A stretch of 64,000 bases of DNA from Pavona decussata (lineage: Eukaryota), in the NCBI GenBank assembly GCA_977016875.1, contig CDRNST010000066.1, forward strand, positions 1,364,001-1,428,000. The letters run 5' to 3'. Below, piece after piece: positions 12,761 to 26,499 of the stretch (position 1 is the stretch's first letter; each line of letters starts with the position of its first letter). The position numbers and the translations under genes were made by a program. Below the pieces are notes generated by a model, which saw nothing but the letters and a program-made list of their open reading frames with translations, was not told the DNA's origin and searched no databases.

Positions 12761-15700
12761 TTTAAACTGATGAATTATTCAGTCCAGACCTCTGAATGCT
12801 ATGTAAAAAAATTTAAACATTTAATATGCTAAATGTGCTGTCTGCGAAACTTAGTCCTATGTAAACAAATCTTTCATCTCGCTGTTTTCTACTGTCGATT
12901 TTTATTTTTTGAAAAGTGCTCTTGAAAATTTGTACACGTTTTTGGTATCAAAAACTTGAAGATCAATTCAGCTTTAAATGGATGCTGCGATATGCATTGA
13001 AATCGACAACACTTGATTGCCTTTTTATTTGGTAAATGACTACTAAAAGGACAATGCTAACAAGACCATCTTATTTTTCCCCGATCTACGACCAACGTAC
13101 AGAACAATTTGATGAAGAAAGTTTTCTTTTGCCGGATACGGCATTTTAACGACATCACTCCTGCACTGGAGAAGTTTATAGGTCAAGGTCCTATAAACTC
13201 CTCACTTAACTTCCTAATTTTCTCGAAATTGATTCCATTCACCACTGCTTTGAATACATTATTATTCTTTATTCTCATACGTGATAAGCAATATCCAACA
13301 CCGTACAATTAAAGCTTACTGGCGTGTAACTACTAACTTTTGGAATCTGAGCGGGAATGGCCTCAGTTGACATCAATGTCTTAAGGTGAATCTCTTTCAG
13401 GGACAGTTATATTGACAATTTCCTTATATAAACAATGACCTTTGCATGCACTGCGCTTTAAAACGCGGTTAACAAATGAAACTGAAGACAAAATCCTTCC
13501 TTAAAATCTTTCTAAGCTTACTTCAAAATGACTGTTAACTTTTAATATGAACAGATAGTATTGCTATACGCTTTACATATAACGTGTTTTATCTGCGAAG
13601 TCCGACAAATACTCGAAAAAAAAATGACCGCGCACCATTTGCGCGCGCGCTGGAGCGCCCAATTTTTCTCATAGAAACGACGCGGTTTCAAAATGGCGGG
13701 AATTTGTTGCAATCCACGCGGAAAGTCCCACACAAAACACCAAAAGATGTTATGTTACCTTAAGGAAAGTTCCCATAGGAACTCATTTACATCACTAGTG
13801 TGACCGTGGTTTGGATATGATTTCCTAATTACCATAAAATTTTGCTAACTTAAGCCTTGAATTATTGATCATTTGAAGTCGTTTAAAAAACCTCATCCGT
13901 GCCTCGTTTTTTCAACCTACTTCTCAGTGTTTGGATGTCTGATGAAACATACCTTCTCGTGTTTGATATATTGCATCTAACGCGTAATTTTACTTGAGAA
14001 ATACGGCGCTAGTTAATTTAAACGTTTACAGAGACCGTTGCTTCCTAATCTCATCCCCGTCTTTCACAGTTATTACTATCACTGCTTATTCGGCATTGCA
14101 TTGCAACTACACTCCGAGATCATTTCCATCATTTTTGAAAGAAGGACTGCCTTGGTATCTTTGGATCGGACTGAAAGATCAAAATGTTTGCACATCTCTC
14201 TAAGCATCGGAACCTTGAAACTTGGTAGCTTCCCATCTCTTGACAAGGTGCACAAATCATAAATATCGTACAGGATTGGGTGGGTCAGGCCTATTTTCCC
14301 CAGGACTACCTCTGTTGTATCTCTTACGCGTTCCTCATCTATGTCGCAAGCGTACTCCTCTACCAGATCGTCCAGCTCTTCTGCGTCGGTATCCTCTTTT
14401 TCACTTTCTGTAAGCACCATGTCCATCTGGTGCCCCTGCTTGATGCTTGCTGATAACCTCGAGAAAAAACCTTGAATCTGACACTTAGACAGCCACTCCG
14501 TTCTATCGAACATTCTCTCTCCGTCTATTGTGGAAGCCGTTCGCATATCCTTAGCAACCTGTGCTGGATCTTCTTTCCTGCCAGTGCCTTGCCCAATATT
14601 AAACTTATGCATCTGATACCGCCGAACCTTTTCAGGAAACCTCCCCCCTCCGCACTTTTTGTGAAGTGCCCAGCCCTTCTGTAATCGTGGGGTACTTGAA
14701 AGGGATTCTGTCACCGCTGCTGATGCTCCCGTCAATCCTTCCCCTTGTATTGTTAACGTCTGGAAGTGGCTGACCCAGTCTCTTCTTAGCTTATTATACA
14801 GACACTCCTTCCCAGGCTGTCGCAGGATTGCATTATGACCAAACATATTCATATGGATGTCTAGGTCCGACCGACTTTGAAACTCTTCATTGCAGCTTGG
14901 CTTGGGACATTCATATAGCTTGTTCTCACTGAGATCGGCTCTGCTTTGCTCTTTTGACGTGAACTGGCGAGCAGTAGTAAGGAAGAATGGGATCTTCTCC
15001 ATGAGATCTGATTTTCTCTGCGGACAAATTACAATTTCATTCCATGGAATAAACTTCCCAGGACCGACATTGAACGCTCTCCAGACACGTAGGCCTTCTC
15101 TAGTAAACTCGAAATTGTGTAGATTGCTGTAGTTCGGAATCTTCCTTATCTCTAGCGTTGTGTACTGCTCTTGGACAGTGCAGACCGTCGCTGTCGTCCC
15201 CTTAACTGGCCTCTCTCTCAAAGCGGTATGCATATCTTGTGCAGATACGACATCATGACCTTGGTTACAGTACCTTCTAATAGCTGCCTTAATCGGACAC
15301 AAGATTCTATCGCACATGTCCTTTCCCGATTGAGGTTCGGAGTGGTCGTATCTGACGATCTCAATCCCTTGGCAATATCCGAGCTCTCGGAAGGATGAAA
15401 CCAGCTTGCTATTGTGGTAACACGCTGCTTCATCTGAACTCAAGTAGGCCTTAATTATTCCTGGGTGTTGCAGCTTAATGGTAAAAAGAAGGTTCTCCAG
15501 GATTGATAGCACTGCAAACCAGTCCTGTCGACAACTGTCAAGAAGGTGAACGTAGCAGGTTACTTCAAGGCTTTCCTCTCGTCTCGTTATGACGCTACTC
15601 ACATGCCAATTGATTCCTCTCTTGGCAAACCACTCTGCCTGCTTCTCTCGAAACTTCATGACTGTAAACGTCATAGCCCAATCAACTACTATGACCACTT

Positions 15701-16076
15701 TATCTTCTTGTATGGAGTTTAAAATTTGCTGCTTTGCTTGATCCTGATTCTGAGCTCGTAAAATATGGGCTTTCCATTGGAAGATTTTAAAGGTGGCACC
15801 CTTCGCATCATGCTGAAGGTCGTCTGTTTGATCTTTTCCGAGCTGTGCCTCGTACTTAGGAATGGCACCTTCTACTTCTTCCACGACACTTTTTAGGCTC
15901 TCGCAGTCTGCGCACGCCATGTCATGGGTGTGGCTGCATGCGTCCTGGTAGTCAGTGTCACTGGCATCGCTTAAAGCAAAGACTCTGATCAGGGCAGGAG
16001 CTGCCATCCTCCCTGCAATGGTCACAGTATTTAGTCTTGAGATATAACTTGCCTTCCCGAAGCTTCTTTCTTGCTT

Positions 16077-16956
16077 ATTTATTTATTTATTTATTTATTT
16101 ATAAACATTATTTAAACAGAAATTCCAATTCAGCGTAGCTGGTTTAAATGGAGATCTGTATAAAATAATAAGAATAAATAATCAAATATGGAAATGAAAG
16201 CAAAAGTCATTCAAAGAGTTCGTGAAGGTGAGAAATTAACTAAGGTGATTTAGATGTTTCTTGACTCTCAGTTTAAAACTAGTGAGAGACAGATCGTGAC
16301 GTAAGTTACAAGGAAGAGTGTTCCAGGATTTGGCGGCATTGTACTTAAAAGATGTTTAAAATTTAGTAGTCTTGGCAAGAGGCAGGCGAATAAGGTCTTT
16401 GTTCCTAGTGTCGTAGTTATGGATCTGCTCTGAAGAGTGGAAGTCATCTAGCAGATAAGCTGGGGCCAAGCCATTGATACACTTATAGACCTGTATGCAC
16501 TTTTGGTATTCTCTGCGGCATTGAAGGGATGGCCACTTCAATGTTTGCTGTATATCGGTATCAGTAGCCTTGCGACCCGCAATTATTCCCGCAGCTCGCT
16601 TGAGAAGACGGTCAAGGTAGATCTTGTTTCCCTGACCGCAACCATCCCACACAACACAACAGTAATCGAATGACGGTAGAACCATAGCATTAAACAGAGT
16701 AATGTAAGCTTCTTTTGGGATGACTTTCCGGGCTCTACGAAGCATTCCAAGGCGGGACGAGATTTTATTTCCGATATGGTCAATGTGTTCGTTCCAATTT
16801 AGGCAAGGATCCAGAAACACGCCCAGATATTTAAATTTGTATACCCTTTCAAGATCTGTGTCATTAACACTAACTGTGAATGACTGGACTGAGCTCAATT
16901 TTTGTTGAGTTCCCAAAAGCATAACTTTGGTCTTCAAGTGATTTAACATGAGATAG
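16077..16956 (-). mobile_element. 5'-truncated CR1/L2 LINE inserted in the Sola3 transposase
   Basis: ORF 16356..16949 (KTKVML...FKYLGV.LD..LNW..HID...DYC.VVW) is an RT C-terminus. An (aata)n tail is at 16075-16101. The TSD ttgctt is at 16071-16076 and 16957-16962. Removing the insert restores CEQARKKLREGKLYLKTKY. Confidence 0.9.
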
Positions 16957-19085
16957 TTGCTTGTTCACACCAGTCCTTTACTGCCCCAACGTGCTCTAGC
17001 TCGTCTACGATTGTTATCAAATCCTTAAAACCATCAGCACCGTCAGCTGCTGTCAAGACCTCGCAATGATTTCCTCTGTGAAGCTTCTTGGACGTCAAGT
17101 ACTCTCCACATGGTGGAGTTACTGATTGGGTGAAATCCAGTTTCCTTGCAATGTTCAAGGCATTGGTTAATGATGGTGCACCCGGCCACTGTGCGGACGA
17201 CATTAGGCATAACAAGTTCTTCCCCACTCTCAAGTTTAAGGGTGCGAGTACCGTAAGCTACATCTTGTTAGTAATATGGCCACATGGTAAACTCCAAGAA
17301 ATGGTCTAGTTGGCGCTGATCCACACGGATTCTGTGTCGCGGTAATCTTTCAACAGGTATTCCGGGTCCTTCAATCTTCGCTTCAGCTCTTGCCTTCTTT
17401 ATTTGCCTTTCAGAGAGATCTTCAAATGGCTTGTGGATTTCTTTAAGCTCTTTTTTGTGAATCGATCGGCGTAGCATCAGCAAGGCTGTCAATGCAGGAA
17501 TTGAAAACTTGCACTGGCCCTCCAGTATTTTCTTCAGTTAATCCAAATTCTTCCATTTCCATGCTGTCGTCAAATGCAAGCAAGGCTGAAGGCGTCCAAG
17601 TTTCATCAGGGTTGCATCCCCGCCTCAAAACGCAGGGTGTTATGGTTGAGTACATTGAAGACTGGAGTTGAGCTGATGCTGCTTCTTTGCAAGGCCTTAA
17701 AATGAAAATTAATTTCAATTGAGAGCCAGCAAAGTTCAAACAACGGCATTTTTAGTGTACTTATTTCCAAAAAATAGACGGGCGGTGTCCCTTTTCGGTT
17801 GCATGTGCTTGCTGTAAAAAACATTAGTGCATCAAAAGGGAGTGAATTAGTTTAAATATAGACTTTACTACCTTGACCATCTCCAACTCGAAACTCAATC
17901 GATTTAAAATGTGTAATTTGGAGGGGGTCGACCGTCTTTGTGTGCTTTATTTTACGTTATGTCTTCCCCCCTTTAATAAGAGATATGGACATCCTATGAA
18001 GATCGCTTTTCCAGTATTTACGGGCTCAAATAACCTCTTTAATGAAGAAGTTGTTCTCTTTCACTTTCGAAGCTTTATTATGCACAGTTGCATTGATAGC
18101 CAATTGATATTTGGCCTGGCAAATGCAAGGACCTACAATCTTGGACAGAATAAAAAAAAAATTCTAAATCAATCAGTATGAATTTGCGTGTAAAGCAAAA
18201 CGCGCCATGTTTCAATCACCGAAAAAAAGGGGGGGCTGGTCTTAATTTTTTATTTCAATTGTCCAAGATCGTAGCTATTAATATGTCTGTTGAGGCTAAG
18301 CAGATACTGAAAATGCCCCTCAATTTAATGCAATAGCCATTTTCTTAACGCCACAGCCATTTGTACAGAGACCGGCGTTAATGGGGCTTCACTATGGAGT
18401 AAAAGATTCTTGACACAATGGCGGGGCCGTCCCTCATGTAGTTATTGTGCTTTATCTTCTAACGAATATCACCAAATATGGCAATGTTCATCTTATTGCG
18501 GAGGTTGCCTTCCTGTAACAAATTGATTCAAACTAATCAAATAAGATTAAACTCATTATAAGCCAGGCTACATTAATAAATATTGAGATTTTAATAGGTG
18601 CGCGCGCTGAGTTTTTTTCTCTACGAGAGGTTAGAAACAATGTTATAGTCTGATTTTTCTCTATATACCTACATTTGTTGGCAGATATTTTACAAAATAA
18701 CTCACCTCGCGCCTGGATTGGACATTTGTACAGATTCCTTTTCCGAAGTTGCAGGGAAGATCCAAGGCATTTCTTTCACAGAGGCATTGTGTTGGTTGCG
18801 GCAGTTGATGCAAATAACTTATTTGATCAAAAAGAAAGTCAAAACTACTCAAGGAAGGTTCTACAACTGACTTCGGACTTATTTCTCATGCTCGGGCTAC
18901 TGCGCTACGCAGTCTAAGAAGCATATGTGAAAATACCACATGAACATTTTTTATCGGGGGATGTTTCAGTACAATTTCGTTTTGATACACAATGTGGGGG
19001 GGGGGGGGGGGAGAGTGGGGGTGCCCTTAACCCCCCGAAGGCGATAAAATTGGACAATTTTCATTATATTCACAGAGACCTCCTA

Positions 19086-20300
19086 AAGTAAGTAAAGTAA
19101 GTAGGTAAGTAAGTAAGTTTATTAACGTGACTAAACACTTAGCTAGCCAGCTACTTTACAGGAATAGTCACAAAATAAAATAGTAATAATAATAATAAAT
19201 AGGAAAAAGTAATGAAAATGATAAATGAAAATACTGAAAAAGATGAGAAAGATACTATTTACAATGTTTCTAAGATTATTGAATATATAGTATAAAATTG
19301 TATAAAATGTTTTAAAAATATATCAGCATTTGATTACAACATGTAGCGGCCGGCCAAATCCGTATCTAATATCTGTTTCTTGAACAGTTTGTATGAGTCC
19401 GCTTTTCAGTATTCATTCGGTAGTTTATTCCACAGGTTGGCTCCTTCGTATCTGAGTGATTTAAGTCCGTACTAAGTCGTATTTACTTTTAGTAATGTCA
19501 AGATTTTGTCTCCTCAAAGATTATAATTACTTTCCCTTAGTTCCACTAGATCGCATAGTGATTCTGACACGCCCTGCCTATTAACTACTTTGTTTACAGT
19601 AGTCACTATCTTTGCCAATCTTTGATTTAACAACGTTTGGTAGCCAGATTGTTTAAGTAGCATTTCATACGACGAGCTATAATCTCTATAAGCAAATCTC
19701 AGTGCTCTTTCATTGAGTTTTTCTAACTTAGTGGCTGCGCTCTTGCTGCAGAAGTTCCACGTTTCTGCGCAGTAATTGAAGTGTGGTACAATGAACGACT
19801 GGTACAGCTTCATACGCGTCTCGAACGGCAGCATTTTCTTCATCCTTCTTAGTACAGCCACTTGGTGACTTACTCGACGACAGATCTTTGCTACGTGTGC
19901 ATCGAATTTTAGCTTTTTGTCAATCGTAACATCAAGCAATTCCACCTTTTCGTTTAAGTGATGACTGTGTTTTCGCATACAAATCTTGGTGGACCAGTTC
20001 GTAGATTGCCGAATACGATAGCTGTGTATTTGCTGGGATTTCTTTGCATTTTGTTCTTGTCAAACCATTCATCAACCCTTTTAAGATCAGTGCTAATTAG
20101 CCTGTTCGAGTTCCACTTCATCATTACCCGCGTAAAATAATTGAGTGTCATCGGCATATGTGGATAAAGTGGTGTTTTTAGGCACTTCATGCAGATCATT
20201 CATAAAGATGTTGAACAGTAGGGGCCCTAAAATAGACCCCTGTGGAATCCCTTTCGTAACTGGTTGCCATGAGGAATGCTCGCCGCCAAGTTTTAACTAT
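19086..20300 (-). mobile_element. 5'-truncated CR1/L2 LINE in a Sola3 intron
   Basis: RT motifs [20 protein letters not shown] and YADDTQL are at 20140-20270, and ORF 19514..19978 is the C-terminus. A (ttac)n tail is at 19086-19117. Confidence 0.9.
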
Positions 20301-22809
20301 TTAAAACACGACCGGCATCTTTCTGCTCCGCAAGGGCTACTTTAGGTTAATAAACCGAGGAGGGACTGGGGAAGGGGATAAACTCGAGCGCGCCTTGTTT
20401 TTTTCTTTGCTCTTCCTTTACTCCTTTCCCCCCGATTTTTTAGGCCCATTTTTGGAGAATATTATATGTAAAGAAAAGAGATGGCCAATAACATATCACG
20501 TACCGTGTACCAAAGAACCCGGTATTTCATACATAATGAGATGTCAAGAATGCCTCTACATTTCCAATTCTGTCGCAATATTAGTGTGCAACCCGCAAGA
20601 GCAAAAAGGAAAGGCTGCTACATCCAAACGTATTAAACGAGGGTCGTTGTTTTGGGAACTTAACCGCATGTGCGAAAGAAAAAAATAAAGACAGGGAGAA
20701 AAGCGAAGATCATTCAATTATCAACACAGGTAGATAATTTAATTAGACGCTAATTGTAAAAGCCAACAAACTGAACGAAAACACCCGCAAATGCCGTGAG
20801 AAAAAATCTCAGACAGGGAGCTCGAATTAGGCACACTTCCCCGCCACATTTTCACTCTAAACTTGTTGCAAAATTTTATCCTAGAAAAATTCAATACCAA
20901 CTTGAAGTTCTTCATCATAAATAAAAGTCAGTTTGCTATAACTGATTTTATGTAAGAGAACGGTCACAAGGAAGTAACTTTATGTACGCACCTGAACCGA
21001 TTTGGACAAGGACACCATACATTTGATAAATAGCCTTAGACATCTCAAGATTAAGAGAATACCGACTCTTTGTCCCCTTCTGGCTTCTACCAGGACATCC
21101 CTGATGAGCGGGATACTGGCATGCTGTTCTCGGGCGCCAGAACTTCCCCAAGGTGTGGCTATGTTTGGCGCATACTGACATTTGTTCCACGATGGTCTGT
21201 TCCAAATCAAAAAGGCCGGCCCTGGCCAGGATTAGCTCTCCCTCCGTTATAGTTTCTCGCGATAAATGGACAAACGCAAGGTGGCTTTCTATTGATACAG
21301 TGCAATGGAGCAAATTAAAGAAACCTGAAATGCCTCTTGAATCGCTACAAATCCCTGAACGTGACAGAAAGCACGACGTCTTGTTTCGGAATGCACAATT
21401 TCCCTTATTACCCAAGTCTTGACGTCAAGGATCGAGGAATTTGTATAAAGGGAATAAGGAATACGGGACGTGGATTGGGCCACAAGACTCTTTAATGCGG
21501 ATTCAAATTTGAGGGCAAGTCGTAAACGAGCTGTTTATGTTCAATGAAATACATGTGCAATAAAGTACCTGTAATTGATTCTCATAAGCGTCAAGTTCAA
21601 ATTCTAAGCCACGGCTTCCAACCTCATGCCAGTTGAGGGTCCACGGCACTTATTTCAAATTTCAGATTTTCCGTGTGGTACTTTTTGAGTTGGTAACTGA
21701 CACCTTCAGAATCCCGAGGGTGCTCTAAATATAATGTTATGGAATGGAATTACAGCAAACATTTCCAGGACACATTAGGGGCGCGTATTCGAGAGGTAGC
21801 ACTTTTTCGAGGATTTATGGTATTTTAGTGGACTGCCTGTCAACTAGCTTGGAGTAGTTTTAAAATTACACTTACACCATAAAGAGCACAGCAATAATAT
21901 ACTTTACTGATGTCCCTTAATGTGGGATTTGATTATCTTTGCTAGGAGGAGAGCTCGTGTTAATAATGACTTTAAAATAATTACACTGAAACAATGAGAC
22001 ATTACATTAAAAATATTAACTACACCAAAAAGTACAGGTTAGAAGCTTTGGCATTTGCGGCGAAGGGCCTAGAGTGAAACTCTCAGAGCGAGACACCAGT
22101 CCGCCGGGATTGCAACCGGAACACATCACGACGAACGGATAGACGGATTATCCTTCCCTTGCTTCCTATGAAATCTTTCTTTTTCTATGCAGTTTGTTTT
22201 TCTTTCCGGCTTTCATGTACAAGTTCTTATCAATTCATTTTGAGCAACATATTAATAATGCCCAGCTTTTGAAAATTAATAAATCACATGTTTTACTAAA
22301 GCGAATTCAAGTTTTTCTTATTACTACATAGAAATGTTTTTTGCAAACTGTAATAAAATGACAACTTGCACTTCAAAAGACAAATGGCTCAAACAACTTC
22401 TAGTCTATCGAGATTTTTTTCGTGGTGTGGTGCAGAAGTTTATATTACCTATATATATTGAGAAAGGCACTTAACGAGGAGGGATGTACAGGCCAGCATC
22501 CTCCTTCTAGTCTGCTTGTCAATTTCAGTGATTTGTGATTAATTCAGATGGCAGTAGGCCAAACTCAGCGAAATATTTTACTTCCTAAAGGACCTTCAAG
22601 CAATGAATACCAACTGAATGGCGTCAACAAAGCAGCGACATGCAAAAATGAAAAAACAAATAATGATAATAATAATAAAAATAATGATAATTATAATAAT
22701 AATGAAAATAAGTTTCTTACCTAAATACTGTTTAGCAGACAGACTAATTTGCATAAATATTCCCCACACAGTATCCAAAAATCGGGACCGAATTATTCAC
22801 CAATTTTAG

Positions 22810-23516
22810 GCATTTGTAAACGGTTGAAACCGTTAATGCGTTTTATTTTGTGTTTTTTGGTGTGGTTAATTTAGAATGGTGAAAGTTAGCGATTAAGAAT
22901 GTTTTAATTTATAACAATCTGAATTTGATCAACAACCTCATTTGCATAATGCGGATTTCATATTCGCAAAAGTGCCAAAAGTGCGAAGTCGCTGTGATCA
23001 AGGAAGATAAAAAGTGCAAGGTATTTTTACATTTCTGTACTTTCTAACATCTGTTTAGCAAAGTTCAGTTGGAATTTAGAATGGTTCGGTCTGGACTTGT
23101 GAAATAAATGCCGGCAAAGACAGGGTACTTTCACCGGTTTTCAGAAAGCGTTTTAATGAGGGTTACTAATATTAATTTTTGTGACTTTAAAAATTAAAAC
23201 AAATCCAAATAAATATGCATTTCATACCTTTGAAGGACCACTTTACTTAGGAATTATAATGAATTTTTGTGGCGTTTCCTGGTTTTCGAACAGCGAGCTC
23301 ATCAATTTTATGCAATTTTCTATTTTCGCCACGCCCAAATTTAGGTCCTCGACCGCTCTGACTGTTGAGACCTGTAAAAAAATCTATTTTAACGTATTTC
23401 CAAAAAATAAAGTCATTTCATTTGCGTACGACCCAAGATGATTTACTGGGCAAAGTTTGAGGGCAAACTTTTTTCCGACCCGAAACGCAGTGGACCGTTC
23501 TTACAGAAAGTGCCAC
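22810..23516 (-). repeat. Right TIR of the Sola3-like element
   Basis: It ends cccgaaacgcagtggaccgttcttacagaaagtgccac, followed by TTAA. Confidence 0.95.
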
Positions 23517-23682
23517 TTAATTACTTTAAAGACTGAGAAACCAGATCTGCATGGTCACTGAGAAGTAAACAAATAGATTAAAATTAATTGCTGATGGTAG
23601 CAATATAGAGTTTAAAAGTGTGAATTTATTTCTAAACATAACTTACCTAGTAGTATCTCCTTCCTTAGACATGGTAAATTTT

Positions 23683-24720
23683 TCGTTAAAAAACGAAAAG
23701 CAAGAAATGACAGTAATCTTATGACAGCTTAGTGTGCTATGTTTACATGGTTGTCACATTGTGTCGGTTAATTTGCAGCAGTACATGTAAATGAGCAAAA
23801 CACATCTGCTCCACTACTTCAACTCAAAAGGAGAAGGCTTCGGTTTGCTTCACCTAACATTGTAAGATATGAAAGAAAAACTGGCAAGAAACAGCAAAAA
23901 GATATTTACGTAGTCGCCACTACGTGAAACACACAGACTACCCACTGTAGCAGAAGGACTACGAACAACGCGGAAAACTTGCATGCTAATGATCATGCGC
24001 AGTTTGACTTGATCCAGGTGCCGACTCATGTCCAACTGTAGCCGTAGTCAGCAGTCGTCCTATCTTAAGTCCTGGCTTGTGGGTTCTGGTAGAACAGAGA
24101 ACCTGGAAATTTTATTCAAAACAACAAAATTTCTCACACTTGTGGTTAGATTGCTGGGAACCGCCTTTGCAACTCTTTCTTCTCAGCTTTCAGTTTACCG
24201 ACTTGTTTCCCAACGTCATAAGAAACCTTAAGATCGAGGGTGTTCCTCTTAAACTGCAAACATCAACCAGCAGTTTACAGTTCAGAGTTAGCCCCATGTA
24301 CATAATCCCGGCTTGAGATGAGGGTCTCTTTTCAGCTATGTATCATGGGATACTCTCAAGAAAGCAAGATGGTGCCTGCACGGAGGAAAGTATCGAGGGA
24401 ACTTTTGTTGCTTAAAATGTGTCTTTATTCGACACAACCACCACAGGACCTTTTTTCATTCCTCGCGATAGCGTGTCAAGGAACGTAAATTTGATGTTTA
24501 AATGTGGCTTTATAGTTTCGAAACTGGTGAAAAACTGCCGTAGTTCACTTTCTTAGAGCAGCCTGAACCTGAACCTTAAACGTCAAACAAAACACCTGTT
24601 GGTGCTAAGAGTACACCTAGCGTTTCAAGTTGTTTCCAGTGAGAAGATAAACTATTGGAAAGGTCGCAGAAACGATTGAAAAAACGGACAAGAGGAAAAC
24701 GACCCACAGAAGTCTTGGTC
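23683..24720. repeat. Unclassified interspersed repeat, copy A (B at 36134-37105, C at 40620-41340)
   Basis: Long colinear identity with B and C, e.g. caaacatcaaccagcagtttacagttcagagt..gccccatgtacataatcc is in all three. Confidence 0.85.
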
Positions 24721-25864
24721 TTTTCACTCTGCATAATAGGCGTCAAGAACTATGTAGCGAGCCTTTTAATAGTATCTCTAGCCTGCTAAATAGTTTAGAC
24801 AGCCTGTTACCTCCTAGCTAAGAGAAATTGGTAAAATCCCTTTCATTTTTTTAACAACTTTTTTTTTAAAAATCAGCTATTTAATTTTTTTTGGTGATGA
24901 CATCGAGGAAGAAAAAGAAGTGTCACCTTGGACAGTAAACCCCATTTCTTCCCTTCTATGAAGGCAACACCCTTTTTCTCAACCCAACAAGATGATATGT
25001 CAAGAAGAAATGCATCAAACAAAGCATCAGACCCAAACAACGTGGATACGGTTCCATCATGTGGGACAAACCTCATGGTTAGGTGGAAGAATGAGGCATG
25101 TTGGACTACGTTTTTTTGGGGGGGAGGTTTCCTCATACCACTAGTATTTAAGGCACAAGAGATTGTTCCGTTTTTGTTGGATACATGTGTATTCTATTGA
25201 AAATTTTTCAGAGCAACTTCACCGCGTCTGCCTCCTGATGGATTTTGAAGGCTTTTTTTATGAATTGAACATCAAGTACAAAATACCCATGCACCTCGCA
25301 CAGTTGACTGCCTAGCCTTTTCCAGGCTCCTAGAGAGGTGCGTGAAAGAGAGTGCGAGGGGACGAAAACACAGGTGGAATGGGGGAGAGAAAAAGAGGGA
25401 AAGGAGAGGAGCCTGTAATCATTTTCTTTAACACCTCATGCCGTTTTGACAGTTCACACATCACAAGAAAGATGTCGCGAAAGAATCTGAAAGAGTCAAA
25501 ATGGCGGGTGTGTCACGCGCGTGGTTTTGATGAGACTGAGTTTAATTAATGCAGTTTTAGAGAATTGTCTTCGAGATTTTCTGCAAGTTAAAGTACTCAG
25601 GAAGGAGCAAAAAGCTCTCGAAAGTGAGAGACAACAATGATAAGCTTTGAAAGACGAGGATCTGTTAGACACTCATATCCGTGAAAAACAAACATCCTGC
25701 GGCAGTTTCAATCTTCCCGCAGCGATATACATCGGCATGAATTCATGAGAAAGGAAAGTCCACGGATCCTGTGTCTTCACAGATAAAATTTATTTAGCGC
25801 TAGGCTAACCGAAATCTTGCAGTTAATCCGAGCCGACAAACTTTAACAAATGATCAAAAGGGAA

Positions 25865-25922
25865 GAATCTCTTATACAAAAGGAAAATCGCTGAAAGACC
25901 TGCTTGTAAAAGCAAAACTGAA
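25865..25922 (+). mobile_element. Penelope-like element remnant
   Basis: It translates to ISYTKGKSLKDLLVKAKL, the linker motif between RT and GIY-YIG in Penelope-like elements. Confidence 0.45.
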
Positions 25923-26100
25923 AAACCACGTTTGTTCGGTTAAATAGTCTGTTTCTGTTAAGAGTTCATCCTCTAAAAATTTAAGTCCAAAGGACCCAAA
26001 CAAGTGAAAGTTGGGTTCGTACAGTCTGGCCATTGTTGCTGCTTTTCCTGCTTTTTCCGTCCGTATTCGCTCTGTTGTAAACCGGTCAAACCGGGACACT

Positions 26101-26162
26101 ACGGTGTATTACCGTCTCATATTTATTGGTGACGGTGTATTACCGTCTCATATATATTGGTG
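26101..26162. repeat. 31-bp tandem duplication, each unit holding a small hairpin
   Basis: acggtgtattaccgtctcatat(t/a)tattggtg occurs twice. The stem ACGGT/ACCGT closes the loop GTATT. Confidence 0.9.
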
Positions 26163-26499
26163 AAATGACTTAATAATGGCGGGCCCAGATAAATCAATAC
26201 AATGAAAAAGTAGTCGCGAAATAAATGAGCTGAATTCAAAATCTGTGTGATAAAAACACGAAAATGTTATTTTATTCCAAGACGGTGTGGAAAAAATATC
26301 TACACAGTTTTAACAATTTCCCCTTACACTAATCAAACAAGTTGGATCACTAACGGGAAAGATTATTCCTCACTTACCGCTATGAAAAATGGGTTCAACA
26401 ACAAAACTATTGAAATACAAAGAGCTCATGATCAGTCATATTAGCCGTGAAAAATTCTCTTAAAAGTCTACAAAAGATCTAGACAAATTTATCTAGACC

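Larger units (their letters stand above)
14079..21415 (-). pseudogene. Sola3-like transposase, spliced and disrupted
   Basis: The N-terminal Cys/His exon is at ~20992-21415 (ELILARAGLF...VCAKH..LGKFWR..CQYPAH, then a GT donor). The frameshifted middle part at ~16960-17700 reads QLDHFLEF...QDVAYGTRTLKLESGE..MPNVVR. The open C-terminal 14079..16025 holds the catalytic core and a C2H2 finger (CPKPSC...H...H). A LINE insertion cuts it at 16077-16956. Confidence 0.85.
12050..23516 (-). mobile_element. Sola3-like DNA transposon, both ends present, ~700-bp TIRs, TTAA TSD
   Basis: TTAA is at 12046-12049 and 23517-23520. 12050-~12760 is the near-perfect reverse complement of ~22810-23516. The internal DDE transposase has DWAM..REKQ.EWFAKRGINWH, SDEAACYH and SEPQSGKDMCDR motifs, which I associate with Sola3. 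Confidence 0.85.

Noticed and set aside
22596-22809. Poly-Ile ORFs that look like membrane peptides
   Set aside because: They arise from an (ATA)n microsatellite.
12125-23441. Near-identical small ORFs 12125..12307 and 23181..23441
   Set aside because: They are mirror-image chance ORFs inside the Sola3 TIRs.
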